A stretch of DNA of 64,000 nucleotides. Source: Naegleria gruberi (taxonomy: Eukaryota). The notes under the pieces were generated by a model, which was given only the letters and a program-made list of their open reading frames with translations, was not told the origin of the DNA and made no database searches. The stretch is taken from NCBI GenBank assembly GCA_000004985.1, contig GG738903.1; one strand, written 5' to 3'. Shown piece by piece: positions 11,414 through 22,005 of this stretch. The first letter of the stretch is position 1, and each line of letters opens with the position of its first letter. The position numbers and the translations under genes were made by a program.

Positions 11414-11757
11414 TTTTTATCATCTTTAATTCTTATTGTAATGCAAGTGGTTCATCACGCCTCTGTTGATTCTTGGTGTAATTTCACATCTATTAACTCC
11501 AAGAATTTCAGCACATCAGCTCAACATCTATATAATAGTAATTTGGAATTTATTCCTTCATCATGATTTGGAAATAAAATTTCGATTGTCAGACCTCCAA
11601 TACGAAGAACGTAAACCAATCCAAGGCTTGTATTGCCATGTGTGGTAAGGAAAGGTTAAGGTCGTCAGTGATATTATTGAAAAACTACATGAGATTAACA
11701 TGTCAAGGTGAAATGAGATATTAGAGAGGCAACCAAACAAAAAAAAATACCGAAAGA

Positions 11758-13311
11758 ATGTTCAAGTTTAAACGAAACAATTCTTCGACTAAACTTGAGG
11801 ATATCCACTTGATTTATGAGTTTCCTTTGGAGGCTATATTCGATGTTCCCGAAGCCAAGGAAGAATTTCGTGCCTATCTAAAGAGGGAACACAATGAAGA
11901 ACCTCTTTTGTTTTATGAGGAAGTTGAAGATTTTAAACGACTTAAATTTGAAGAGAATAAGACAAAGAAGGCATTATTCATACTAAAGACTTATGTCATG
12001 CCGAACAGCAGTCATGAAATTAATATATCATCACAATATAGACAGAATATCGTGTTAGGATTTGAAAAATCAGGTCAACTGACTTCAGAAAAGAATATGT
12101 TGGTTGATGAAACTATTTTTGATGATTCACAAAGTGCTATTTTCTATAATTTGAAGAATGACACTTATCCTAGGTTTACCAAATCTGTTCAATTTAACAA
12201 TTTCCTTAAACAAAAGGATGAAGCATTTATTACATCAATTTCTGTACTGAAAAACACAAAATATATGGAGTATATTCCAAAATTTGATGGATTGGTTTGT
12301 GATAGAGATATTCAATTCTTTTCATTCATGGCTTTTAATGATGATGAGGAAGTTTGGGATGAAATTAAAGTTGGAGCAAGTGGTAGAAGAGCTTGTTATC
12401 AATCCAAAAAGGAATTCAACATTGATGAAAATGAGGAAAAAGCAAATGGTAAACTGTTAAAGCAAGTTTTCATTTTACCATGTTCCAAGGAACAAGCTTT
12501 TAATATGTTTTCTCATACTCAAGTTAGACAGGATATTCTAGATGCAGAGAGTATTAATCAGTTAGATTACATTCCAATATCAAAAACAAATAAGTATGCA
12601 CAATCTATTCTCAAGATTGTTATTCAAATGACAGGTTTAACTTGGGTAATGAAACCTAGACAAGCAGTTGTGGCTGGTACTGTAGTTAAAGATACAAAGA
12701 GAAACTGTATTGCTAATATTATGAAGTCAACCAACTCTGTCCTTCTTCCTGAAAAGAAGTCACATGTTAAAGCGAGAGTACTTTCTTCCAGCTTCTTTGT
12801 AGATTGCTACACCACAACACATCTAAATAAGCTCAAAGATCCACCCCACACAAACCATAGTATGAGTTCTGGAGATTTGAGAAAATCAACCTCATCAGCA
12901 TCATCTACTTCCTCCTTTTCAAGAAAAAGCTCAGTAGCATTTGATGACAGCTTGTCTGATATGAGTACTGAATCATTTGGACCAATTGAAAATGCTTGCA
13001 AAGTAATTTGTGTTTCCTACATTGACTTACAATCAATGCAATCTGATTTTATAAGGAAAAAGTTTTTTAATGCGAAAAACAAGGCAGCCCATACAGTATT
13101 TATGAATTCTGTAAAGGAATTTGGAGCTTTAAATTTCCCTAAACCTAAATTCAGTGAGGGACTATATGACACCTTAGATGCTTTTACTTCACACTATACT
13201 ACTGGTGATAATGACACTGTTATGACCTGGGATTTGGAAGAAGAAGAAGAGGGTAATATGTATCCGTGTTATCCAGCCAACGCTGGATTGAAAGGATTTT
13301 GTCAGATGTGA
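11758..13311 (+). CDS. RGS (regulator of G-protein signalling) domain protein
   Basis: 517-aa ORF. The N-terminal region (FRAYLKREHNEEPLLFYEEVEDFKRL … KKALFILKTYVMPNSSHEINISSQYRQNI) matches the RGS-box consensus. The last 60 bp of the CDS is duplicated in inverted orientation about 580 bp downstream. Confidence 0.6.
   Translation: MFKFKRNNSSTKLEDIHLIYEFPLEAIFDVPEAKEEFRAYLKREHNEEPLLFYEEVEDFKRLKFEENKTKKALFILKTYVMPNSSHEINISSQYRQNIVLGFEKSGQLTSEKNMLVDETIFDDSQSAIFYNLKNDTYPRFTKSVQFNNFLKQKDEAFITSISVLKNTKYMEYIPKFDGLVCDRDIQFFSFMAFNDDEEVWDEIKVGASGRRACYQSKKEFNIDENEEKANGKLLKQVFILPCSKEQAFNMFSHTQVRQDILDAESINQLDYIPISKTNKYAQSILKIVIQMTGLTWVMKPRQAVVAGTVVKDTKRNCIANIMKSTNSVLLPEKKSHVKARVLSSSFFVDCYTTTHLNKLKDPPHTNHSMSSGDLRKSTSSASSTSSFSRKSSVAFDDSLSDMSTESFGPIENACKVICVSYIDLQSMQSDFIRKKFFNAKNKAAHTVFMNSVKEFGALNFPKPKFSEGLYDTLDAFTSHYTTGDNDTVMTWDLEEEEEGNMYPCYPANAGLKGFCQM
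13249..13308. repeat. left arm of a perfect 60-bp inverted repeat (copy of the RGS gene's 3' coding end)
   Basis: The sequence gagggtaatatgtatccgtgttatccagccaacgctggattgaaaggattttgtcagatg is read directly. Its exact reverse complement lies at 13888..13947. Confidence 0.8.
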
Positions 13312-13887
13312 GTGGATTCCGTCGACTGCCAGTGGATTTTTATCTGGATAAATCAGATAAATCAAGGAAAAATCTGGATTTAATGGATAAAATTAAAGGG
13401 GGGCGAGTAACCAATCATTACCATCATTAAACTGATTCAAAACTTTCTTATAGCCAATGGAATTCATGGCCAAGATCTTGCAATTTACCATCTTGTGCAT
13501 TTCTTATAATTTCTGCAAAGAAAATAACACTGCACATTCACTCAAACTCTTCTATTAAATCTTGCTTTTTTTCCAACTATTTCCAATTTGAATTATAATC
13601 ATATGATTTATTGTTATTTTTGTTTGATCTCTCTTAATACAATCACTAGATGAATAAATTTGTGATTAACTTCCGATTCTACCAATTCTACCAATTCCAA
13701 TATGTTGACTTGATTCACGTGATGAATTGGATCTGTTGCTTGTAGATATGAGTCTTTCTGTGTTAGTTTGCCAACTGAAATAATAGCAGCTCTTCTGTGT
13801 ACTAAATTGTATTTTGCAGCCAATAAAATCGGAAATATCCATCCATTATCCATTTTATCCTGGCTTTGTCTTGATGGGATCCACTTA

Positions 13888-13947
13888 CAGTGGATCCCAT
13901 CTGACAAAATCCTTTCAATCCAGCGTTGGCTGGATAACACGGATACA
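13888..13947. repeat. right arm of the 60-bp inverted repeat
   Basis: Exact reverse complement of 13249..13308. On the minus strand it encodes the same peptide EGNMYPCYPANAGLKGFCQM inside ORF 13802..13993. Confidence 0.8.
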
Positions 13948-14275
13948 TATTACCCTCAAGAAGAACAATCGTTACATGAAATAATAACATCACAACTCAA
14001 AATATAAAAATAAATAAGGTATTTCACTACAGTATGAAAATCAACAACAAGACCCTCCAACAATCCATTTCACATGGAGTTGGATTTTTGATTGTTCTCT
14101 TCTCCGATTTGGAACATTGTCAACACTAGCAAGTTGGTTTAGTAAAGATATTTCAATAAAGAAGAGCACTTTGAAATAACGCAAAAACAATTGGTAACAC
14201 TCTATTTTCAATGTCGTAAACAGAAGACTGCTATTTGTCTTTTCAAAATTTGAAAAAAATGTTTAACAAAACCAA

Positions 14276-14878
14276 TTGTTTACTTTGATATTATTCCTAT
14301 TGTTTGCTCAATCAGCTGTTGCCTTGATTGATCCAAATGATTTGAGTGAAATAAAAGAGACCATAATTACCCTTTCCAACAGTTCTAACATTACATGTAG
14401 TACATGTTCTGAACAATTACTTCCATTCTTGAATGACATGTGTTGGAAGTATAACACCAATACTAGAGAGCAAATTGTTTCATTCTTGTCTATCTCTATT
14501 GATAAAGAACCTAACCAAAAATTGTTGAATGAGGTAATTGCTAGTGTTGCTCCAACCATTGTTGAACTTAAAACAGCTTCTCAGACTATGGAAGAAAAGA
14601 AGACTGATCTACTTTCTGGATGGTTATCAACTTATGGATTCTACCCAAAAGGAAATGGTCAACCAATTGAGAGAGTTATTGGGTTTATTGTTACCAACTG
14701 GGCTTCACCTTCAACCACCTTACACATTCTTCTAAATGCCAGAAATATTCGTAATTTACTCAATACTAGACCTGCTTCTTCTGAAGTATTAATGTTTTCA
14801 TTGATGAATTACTTGAATAGTTTGAATAGTCTTGCCTACAGTTCTAAACCAGTTTGTTCTAGATTGGAATGTCATTAA
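14276..14878 (+). CDS. possible secreted Cys-containing protein with no in-frame ATG; may be an exon fragment or pseudogene
   Basis: 200-aa ORF beginning with a signal-peptide-like FTLILFLLFAQSAVA. The nearest ATG (14259) is out of frame, which implies an unrecognised upstream exon or an indel. Confidence 0.3.
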   Translation: MFTLILFLLFAQSAVALIDPNDLSEIKETIITLSNSSNITCSTCSEQLLPFLNDMCWKYNTNTREQIVSFLSISIDKEPNQKLLNEVIASVAPTIVELKTASQTMEEKKTDLLSGWLSTYGFYPKGNGQPIERVIGFIVTNWASPSTTLHILLNARNIRNLLNTRPASSEVLMFSLMNYLNSLNSLAYSSKPVCSRLECH

Positions 14879-15396
14879 ATGCGTTTTAACAAATTTGGTA
14901 TTTAATTAAATTGAATTGAACATTACACCTGTCTGAAATTGCTTGTGAAAGTTCTGAATATTCTTATATCTAGAATTGTATTCTCAATTTTTCAGTATTC
15001 GATACCTTATTTAAATTAGATTCTTCCTCACTAAAAACTTTCATATTTCCTCTTTAATATCTTTCAAAGAATCCGAAAGATATCCAAACATCCCTTAACA
15101 AGTAAGATTTGTTGGGCGACGAATTGTATGTAAAGGTGTTGGTTGACCAATAGAAACATCTGTTCCATCCTTGTAGTGATGAAGATTGATTGTCAGCAAT
15201 TTTGTGGAATGATATGTTTTTCTATTTTAAACGGGTTGAAAAAGAGGGATTTTCATTGTAATTGTGATGAACATTGGGTGAACAAGTTATTTTTAAACTC
15301 TAAAAATAAAATACAAAATGCTTTAAATACATCAAACTTTTGCCGTCATCATCACAAATCAACAAGAAAAAACAATTTAATAATACAACAAGAACA

Positions 15397-15591
15397 ATGG
15401 CAAGATCAAAAAATTCAAGAAGAGGAATTAACAGCCACTCTAACAAGTATTGGAAAGCTGAATATCATGGAGCCGGAAGAACAATGACTCGTTCCGTCTT
15501 GGCAAAAACTACCAAGGAATGTACCTTGAGTGGAACCGAATCATTGCCACACAGACATGAATATAGTGATAGATGGGATGCCAGATGGTAA
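15397..15591 (+). CDS. small basic protein (64 aa), possibly a highly expressed gene
   Basis: ATG in an A-rich context (aacaATGG). Local GC and codon choice (acc, gtc, tcc, gga) are higher than the surroundings. The product is Arg/Lys/His-rich (MARSKNSRRGINSHSNKYWK…). Identity not established. Confidence 0.3.
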   Translation: MARSKNSRRGINSHSNKYWKAEYHGAGRTMTRSVLAKTTKECTLSGTESLPHRHEYSDRWDARW

Positions 15592-15974
15592 AATATTCAT
15601 CAGAATGTGTATTAATTATCAACATATGATTCTAGTTGAAATTGATACTATTGTTCTTCCTGATTATTTAGTATGAACAGAAATAATGACCATCAACATA
15701 TAACTAATTTGCTAACTTCGAGAAAACTATTAGCATTGAAAAATTGTACAATACAACAACAAGAATAAACCATGGTTGAAATGTCATATAAAAAACCTAG
15801 ATCAGAATTTTTATTAATCGATGTAAGTGAATTGATATATCTTGATATTCATTTTAGTGAGATTGGCATTGAAGGAATTGGAGAAATGAAACAATTAATC
15901 TTGACATACTTTCATAAATTACATGAATTTCAAAGGCGCTGGATATGTTGTATCATTTTAAAAGTAAAAAGGTG

Positions 15975-16045
15975 TAGGAAGACAGGGAATCGAACCCTGA
16001 TCTTAGGAACCACAATCCCATGTTCTACCACTGAACTATCTCCCT
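15975..16045 (-). tRNA. tRNA-His (anticodon GUG)
   Basis: I folded a cloverleaf by hand. Acceptor AGGGAGA/TCTTCCT. D-arm GTTC-AGTGGTA-GAAC. Anticodon stem TGGGA/TCCTA with loop TTGTGGT (U33, GTG, G37). T-arm CAGGG-TTCGATT-CCCTG. Discriminator A, no encoded G-1 as expected in eukaryotes. A T5 run follows immediately downstream (15966..15970 on minus). Confidence 0.8.
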
Positions 16046-16123
16046 TCATGTTGTTACTCACCTTGATACATTTTCGTGAACATAATATTAACAATAAGAC
16101 ATCTTTATTTCAAGAAAAAGGCA

Positions 16124-18355
16124 TTAAGCTTGCTGCCCAACTTGTTGATTAATTGAGAATGGTACCCGAATATGATGAGTTGTCAAAAATGATTCCACAA
16201 ATGGATTAGTTGTCAAGTTGAATATCCTACCATAGTATGGTCTATTTGTAAATAAAAATTCCTTGCAATTTTCCACAATTCCCTTATCAAATAAATTTAA
16301 ATATTTCGTTCTGGGATTAATGATGTCAATGAAATAATGAACAATTCCATTATAGTGTTTGGAAATATACTCTGAATAATTTGAACTATTCACAATGTAG
16401 AAATGTCTGTCTGGCTTCATCATTTCAAATGCAGTATTGTTAAACATGACTGCTATTGTTTGTTGAATAGAAAGGATTGACCCAAAGAGTGAAAATACTA
16501 TGAAATAGGCTGTAGCAATTGTAATACATGGATTTTCCATGAGTACAACATAAAGCATGCTTGAATCAGAATCATTTACAAGTATGTAAAGTGAACAAGC
16601 TGCAATATTGACAAAAAGAAAACTGGAAATGGCAACTGAGTATACAAATGCTAAGAATTTCACATGATTCTTTTCTCCAATGGGATTGAGAGTGTAGACA
16701 CAGTAGTGATCAAATCTAATAACAATTTGGTCTGTGACTCTATCAAACTTTGATCTAATTGGTTTTCTAATAAGTAATTCAGAGCTGTATATGTGTGAAT
16801 AGTTTCCCTCAATTTCCCAACCTCTATGTTTAAAGAATGATTCATCAATAGAAGAAACTGATACGCAATTTTCTTTCTGAATATCCTTATAATAACCAGG
16901 ATCACAATTAACAGTCAATTGGTACCACAAATAGGCACAAACGGAAACACTTGGTATGAACAATATTAGAAATAGTGAACTGTAGTATATTGGTAAGATA
17001 TTGTAAAATAGTACCATTAGTCCAAAGAGAATTGATGATGGGAATAAGCCGAAGAACAGCAAATCCCTAATGTTACCATGATGCTTCGATCCTGATACCC
17101 TAATCACATAATTTTTAGTTTTGGTATGTAAATAGAAAACTAGTGGAATAATTAAAATCGCCAAATAAATAGGCATAATATTCAGCATTATCATAAAGAG
17201 AGGATAAACCACTATTGGTATTAGGAATCTGTAATGAAGGGTCTTTACCTTCATCATATCTGAAATAGTAACTGGTTGACTTTCTAGAATTTCAATAGAT
17301 TTCTTAGTGAGAAGTTCCTCATTTGAAAATCCCCTTTCACTCAAGCTCTGTTCTTTCAACTTGCTAATTAGATGATCATTAATATGCTCATTATTTTTGT
17401 ATAACTCCAATAGAGGATTCAAAATTCCTTGAAGAAAATCACTATAACCAACATAGTCCAATACAGAATTTCCAACAGTATCTCTTTCAGATATGACCTC
17501 TTTCAGACTAGTTAATCCCAAAATTTTTTCTGCAATTAAAAATTCCATTAATAGATATCTCATAATATTCAAATAGCCTTTCCTAGCAATCCAATGAAAC
17601 GCAGTTCTGTTAAAAGTATCCTTAGCAACAATAAAATTGTACAAATGTTGATAAAAATCCAACATTTCAATTCTTTCTTTTGAGTGGTATTTAAAAAACT
17701 GAATAATAAACTTGACTTGGTGCTCATATCCTTCATAACAAGCCCAATGTAATATAGTATGAGATTCGTTATCTAAATATTTTGTATACATATCTTGAAT
17801 ACTCTCTGTGGTTAACTCTACATTTCCATTCTCATTCGAATACAAGTGATACATTAAATATTGAACAATTGAAATGTGATCATCCTGAATAGCTAACATT
17901 AATAAATTATAACCAGTTCTTTTTTGAACATGTTCTTTAAACAAAGTTCGAACCATATTCGATTCATCCATTTCATGTTGTGAGTGCATGTAGTGTTGAA
18001 TTAAAAATTGGAGACATGGCAAACTTCCACCCTGTACACACCACATTAATGGTGTTTGATACTCGGAATCAATGTCCTGTTCATTGTTTGATGAGACATT
18101 TCTGTTTTTTACATAAGTTTTCAAAGAAGCTCCATAGGATAGCAATAATCGGATAGTGTCAATATTACCATAATAACAAGCCCAATGGAGAGGTGAAGCA
18201 AACCTTTCATCATCACAAATATTATTGATGTTAAACGTGTTGTCATCAGAAGAAGAATTTTGTGATAGCTGGTCCAGGATGGCTTTTGTTGTTTGTGCAT
18301 CATTAAACTGGAGTGAGTCGAACAAGTTTCGGATAGTGTATTGGAATGTGGCCAT
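16124..18355 (-). CDS. ankyrin-repeat zDHHC-type palmitoyltransferase (Akr1/HIP14-like; DHYC variant)
   Basis: 743-aa ORF. The N-terminal half has ankyrin repeats (TPLMWCVQGGSLPCLQFLIQ, TILHWACYEGYEHQVKFII, TAFHWIARKGYLNIMRYLL). Several TM helices follow. A Cys-rich domain has the active-site variant FDHYCVYTLNPIGEKNHVKF (DHYC, as in yeast Akr1). Confidence 0.75.
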   Translation of the reverse strand: MATFQYTIRNLFDSLQFNDAQTTKAILDQLSQNSSSDDNTFNINNICDDERFASPLHWACYYGNIDTIRLLLSYGASLKTYVKNRNVSSNNEQDIDSEYQTPLMWCVQGGSLPCLQFLIQHYMHSQHEMDESNMVRTLFKEHVQKRTGYNLLMLAIQDDHISIVQYLMYHLYSNENGNVELTTESIQDMYTKYLDNESHTILHWACYEGYEHQVKFIIQFFKYHSKERIEMLDFYQHLYNFIVAKDTFNRTAFHWIARKGYLNIMRYLLMEFLIAEKILGLTSLKEVISERDTVGNSVLDYVGYSDFLQGILNPLLELYKNNEHINDHLISKLKEQSLSERGFSNEELLTKKSIEILESQPVTISDMMKVKTLHYRFLIPIVVYPLFMIMLNIMPIYLAILIIPLVFYLHTKTKNYVIRVSGSKHHGNIRDLLFFGLFPSSILFGLMVLFYNILPIYYSSLFLILFIPSVSVCAYLWYQLTVNCDPGYYKDIQKENCVSVSSIDESFFKHRGWEIEGNYSHIYSSELLIRKPIRSKFDRVTDQIVIRFDHYCVYTLNPIGEKNHVKFLAFVYSVAISSFLFVNIAACSLYILVNDSDSSMLYVVLMENPCITIATAYFIVFSLFGSILSIQQTIAVMFNNTAFEMMKPDRHFYIVNSSNYSEYISKHYNGIVHYFIDIINPRTKYLNLFDKGIVENCKEFLFTNRPYYGRIFNLTTNPFVESFLTTHHIRVPFSINQQVGQQA

Positions 18356-18598
18356 TTTTTTTCAATCAGATTGTAAATAAATCCTCTAATGGTTGGCGAC
18401 ACCTGTCAAATTTGATTGTTTCCAGAATACTTCCATAAGACACAACTCATACAGACATTAGGTTTTAATTTCCTTATTGAAGATTTTGAAGGTACAACTT
18501 ATCCATTCCTCAATCATAAACCATGCCAAACAAAGAATAGTGTGATAAAATCTTTTGATCAATAGACATCTTCTAGAAGAGTTAATCATATTTGAGGC

Positions 18599-19600
18599 TC
18601 AATCTTCATTCAATAGTGCTTTGAGTTCTGCATCAATCCGAGCATTTTTCCTTGCAACTTCCCTTGATTTCTTTTTGATAAATTGCTCCATATCATCCTT
18701 ACACTGTTTAACTTGATTCAAATAAGTGTTATAATTTTCCTCAATGTAATTCAATTTTTCTTTGAGTTTCTTTGCCACCTTCTTCTTGTATTCCTCATAG
18801 ACTTCCATTTTCTTTTCATAAATTTCCGTCTGCTGAGTCAGTATTGAATCAATTTTTCTAGACATGGCACGAGAATTTTCCACAGTACATTTTGCATTAT
18901 CATCTGTGATAGATTGTTTCATTCCTCTCTTCAATGTTAGTACTGTACTCTTTGAAAAGATTGTTTCATCCTCATTGGTCTTTCTTTGCTTGGCTGCTTT
19001 TTCCTCACTATCCTTTATGGTGGTCGTATTTCTATTGGAAGTAGTTGTTGTAGTGGAAGTATTATTAGTGCTTTGAACAGTTCTTCTAGTGGCAACACTG
19101 CTGCTGGTAGAAGTACTTGGTGTTGTTGTTTCTAAAGCCTCTGAAGCTTTACGTTTCTTTGTTGTTGTTGAAGGTTGTTGCTTCTCCTCTTCATCCAAAT
19201 CAATATAACGAATGGAATTTTCATCAACTAATTTAACTGGTCCCTGTCTAATTTCCCTCTCCAAAGCATCTCTTATATGATTCTTCCTATTAGTAAAATA
19301 GAGTTTGAACATTTTGTCAATGACTTCATGGGATTTTGGCAATCTAGTCGACCTCGGAAGAAGTAAATCCTTATTCTCATCAGATGAAGAAGACCTATTG
19401 CTGGCTGTTGTTGTGGGAAAGCCTTTGTAGTCTTTATGAGTGATTGTATAGCTTTGAAAATCCTTGAATAGAATTTGAACAAGATCAATTTTCTTCAAGC
19501 AACGATCTTTGAATGCATCATGTTTAAGAATCTCTGCGAAATTAATCTGCAGAATATCACAAAAGTGATCGATTAAATACCAAGTTTGAAATTGAGTCAT
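18599..19600 (-). CDS. hypothetical protein with Ser/Thr-rich and Lys/Glu coiled-coil regions
   Basis: 333-aa uninterrupted ORF. Low-complexity TTT/S stretches and a C-terminal charged heptad-like region. No recognised domain. Confidence 0.45.
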   Translation of the reverse strand: MTQFQTWYLIDHFCDILQINFAEILKHDAFKDRCLKKIDLVQILFKDFQSYTITHKDYKGFPTTTASNRSSSSDENKDLLLPRSTRLPKSHEVIDKMFKLYFTNRKNHIRDALEREIRQGPVKLVDENSIRYIDLDEEEKQQPSTTTKKRKASEALETTTPSTSTSSSVATRRTVQSTNNTSTTTTTSNRNTTTIKDSEEKAAKQRKTNEDETIFSKSTVLTLKRGMKQSITDDNAKCTVENSRAMSRKIDSILTQQTEIYEKKMEVYEEYKKKVAKKLKEKLNYIEENYNTYLNQVKQCKDDMEQFIKKKSREVARKNARIDAELKALLNED

Positions 19601-19737
19601 TTTTATTAATTTATTAAATCATGAATTTTCAATAATATATTATATTATTAATCCATTGGTACAAGTTTACTGTAGAATACAATTTATATTATTATTTAAT
19701 AATAAATTAAAACCCAAGTAACAAAATGAAGGAAGAA

Positions 19738-19870
19738 GGCTTCGGAACAAATTCCGAAAAAAATGGCTTGAAATTACTTCCGAGGTTTTAAGCCAAAAAT
19801 AATTCGGAAGCAAACAAACTTTGGAAGTTATTTTCGGGATATGTGTTTGGAGAATAGTATTTAAATGATG
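19738..19870 (+). promoter_or_regulatory. putative Hsp70 promoter: five TTC[CG]G[AG][AG] (HSE-like) repeats plus a TATA-like box
   Basis: TTCGGAA at 19741, TTCCGAA at 19752, TTCCGAG at 19788, TTCGGAA at 19803 and TTCGGGA at 19833 are read directly. TATTTAAATG at 19858..19867 lies about 110 bp upstream of the Hsp70 ATG. The heat-shock-element function is inference, because the spacing differs from the canonical nGAAnnTTCn. Confidence 0.35.
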
Positions 19871-19977
19871 GAACAATCTTCTCATCCTGAAATAGCAATA
19901 AGAAAAAAAAAGGATTTAAACATTCTTAGCAATATATTGTACATAATTATAATCGAGTAAATAGTAATAACAACAAG

Positions 19978-21924
19978 ATGTCATCTGCTGAAGTATTTGA
20001 TGGAGCTATTGGTATTGATTTGGGAACAACTTATTCATGTGTTGGTGTTTATATGGGAGATAATGTAGAAATTATTCCGAATGATCAAGGTAATAGAACA
20101 ACACCTTCCTATGTTGCATTCACTGATGAAGAACGTTTAATTGGTGATGCTGCCAAGAATCAAGTTGCAATGAATCCACACAATACAGTATTTGATGCTA
20201 AACGTTTAATTGGTAGAAAGTTTTCCGACTCAACAGTTCAAGATGATATGAAACATTGGCCATTCAAGGTCATTACAAAGAGTGATGAGAAACCATACAT
20301 TCAAGTTGAATACAAGGGAGAATCACATGTTTTCACACCAGAACAAATCTCATCCATGGTCTTGACCAAAATGAAGGATATTTCAGAACAATATTTGGGT
20401 AAACAAGTCAAGAAGGCAGTCATTACAGTTCCTGCCTATTTCAACGATTCACAAAGACAAGCAACCAAGGATGCTGGTGCAATTGCTGGTTTGGAAGTTT
20501 TGAGAATTATCAATGAACCAACAGCTGCTGCCATTGCTTATGGTTTGAATAAGAAGGGTGAGAGAAATGTTTTGATTTTCGATTTGGGTGGTGGTACTTT
20601 TGATGTTTCAATTTTGAATATTGAGGATGGTGTTTTTGAAGTGAAAGCCACTGCTGGTGATACTCACTTGGGTGGTGAAGATTTTGATAACTTGATGGTT
20701 CAATTCTGCTGTCAAGAATTCAAGAGAAAGTACAAGAAGGATATTCAAGAAAATCCAAGAGCATTAAGAAGATTGAGAACTGCCTGTGAAAGAGCCAAGA
20801 GAAATTTATCATCAGCTGCCAATGCTTCAATTAATGTTGATTCAATTATGGACGGAATTGATTTGGATATTTCAATGACTCGTGCTAAATTTGAACAATT
20901 GAATATGGACTTGTTTAAGAAGTGTTTCGAACCAGTCAAGAAGGTTTTACAAGATTCAGGATTGGATAAGGCACAAATTGATGATGTTGTTTTGGTTGGT
21001 GGTTCAACTCGTATTCCAAAAGTTCAAGAAATGCTCAGAGAATTTTTCAACGGTAAAGAATTGTGCAGATCAATTAATCCAGATGAAGCTGTAGCTTATG
21101 GTGCTGCAGTTCAAGGTGGTGTTTTAACTGGTAAGGAAACCAAAGTCTTGCTGATCGATGTTACTCCACTTTCATTGGGTATTGAAACAGCTGGTGGTGT
21201 CATGACCAAATTGATTGAAAGAAATTCAACCATTCCATGTAAGAAATCTGAAATCTTCTCAACCTATGCTGATAATCAAACAGCAGTCACTATTCAAGTC
21301 TTTGAAGGTGAAAGAACCTTGACAAAGGATAATCACTTGTTGGGAAGATTTAACTTGGAAGGTATTCCACCAGCACCAAGAGGTGTTCCAAAGATTGAAG
21401 TCACATTTGAAATTGATTCAAATGGTATTATGAAAGTCTCTGCCAAGGATACTTCATCTGGTAAGACACAAAACATTACCATCAAGAATGAACAAGGACG
21501 TTTGAGTAAGGAAGAAATTGAAGAAATGGTCAAGAAGGCCAAGGAAATGGAACAATTTGATAAGGAATTGAAAGAAAAGATTGATGCCAAGAATCAATTA
21601 GAGGCCTACGCCTATCAAACGAAATCCACTGCTGATGATCCAAACTTGTCTGGTAAATTATCAGATGCTGATAAGAATACCATTAAGAAGACGTGTGAGG
21701 AAGTTATTAATTGGTTAGATAACAATTCTACCTATTCAAAGGATGATATTGAAAAGAAAAGAAAGGAATTGGAAGGTAAATGTGCACCAATTGTTAGCAA
21801 GCTGTATCAACAGGGAGCTGGTCAACCAGAATTCACACCAAATGGTGCAAACTTTACCTCATCAGGTAATACTTCCAGTGATTCTGAATCAAAGCCAAAG
21901 TTTGAAGATGTTGATGTTGATTAA
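19978..21924 (+). CDS. HSP70: cytosolic Hsp70 (HSP70/HSPA family chaperone)
   Basis: 648-aa intronless ORF carrying the Hsp70 signatures [31 protein letters not shown] and the GGMP-less linker. The C-terminus ends …[10 protein letters not shown] rather than the canonical EEVD. Confidence 0.9.
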   Translation: MSSAEVFDGAIGIDLGTTYSCVGVYMGDNVEIIPNDQGNRTTPSYVAFTDEERLIGDAAKNQVAMNPHNTVFDAKRLIGRKFSDSTVQDDMKHWPFKVITKSDEKPYIQVEYKGESHVFTPEQISSMVLTKMKDISEQYLGKQVKKAVITVPAYFNDSQRQATKDAGAIAGLEVLRIINEPTAAAIAYGLNKKGERNVLIFDLGGGTFDVSILNIEDGVFEVKATAGDTHLGGEDFDNLMVQFCCQEFKRKYKKDIQENPRALRRLRTACERAKRNLSSAANASINVDSIMDGIDLDISMTRAKFEQLNMDLFKKCFEPVKKVLQDSGLDKAQIDDVVLVGGSTRIPKVQEMLREFFNGKELCRSINPDEAVAYGAAVQGGVLTGKETKVLLIDVTPLSLGIETAGGVMTKLIERNSTIPCKKSEIFSTYADNQTAVTIQVFEGERTLTKDNHLLGRFNLEGIPPAPRGVPKIEVTFEIDSNGIMKVSAKDTSSGKTQNITIKNEQGRLSKEEIEEMVKKAKEMEQFDKELKEKIDAKNQLEAYAYQTKSTADDPNLSGKLSDADKNTIKKTCEEVINWLDNNSTYSKDDIEKKRKELEGKCAPIVSKLYQQGAGQPEFTPNGANFTSSGNTSSDSESKPKFEDVDVD

Positions 21925-22005
21925 ATAAATATATTTGCAAAATTGATTAAAGTTAAATGTGGTTTTGTTTTCAACAATAAGATATCTAGAGTCAACCTTA
22001 ATTTA

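Noticed and set aside
13614-13993. Minus-strand ORFs 13614..13940 and 13802..13993 as genes
   Set aside because: They largely consist of the inverted-repeat arm plus AT-rich spacer. They are more likely by-products of the repeat than a gene.
15772-16152. 126-aa + strand ORF 15772..16152
   Set aside because: It runs straight through the tRNA-His gene on the opposite strand and has no coding signal. It is spurious.
19741-19840. Canonical heat-shock elements (nGAAnnTTCn) upstream of Hsp70
   Set aside because: The observed repeats are TTCnGAA with 1-nt spacing, which is not canonical. I report them only as HSE-like candidates.
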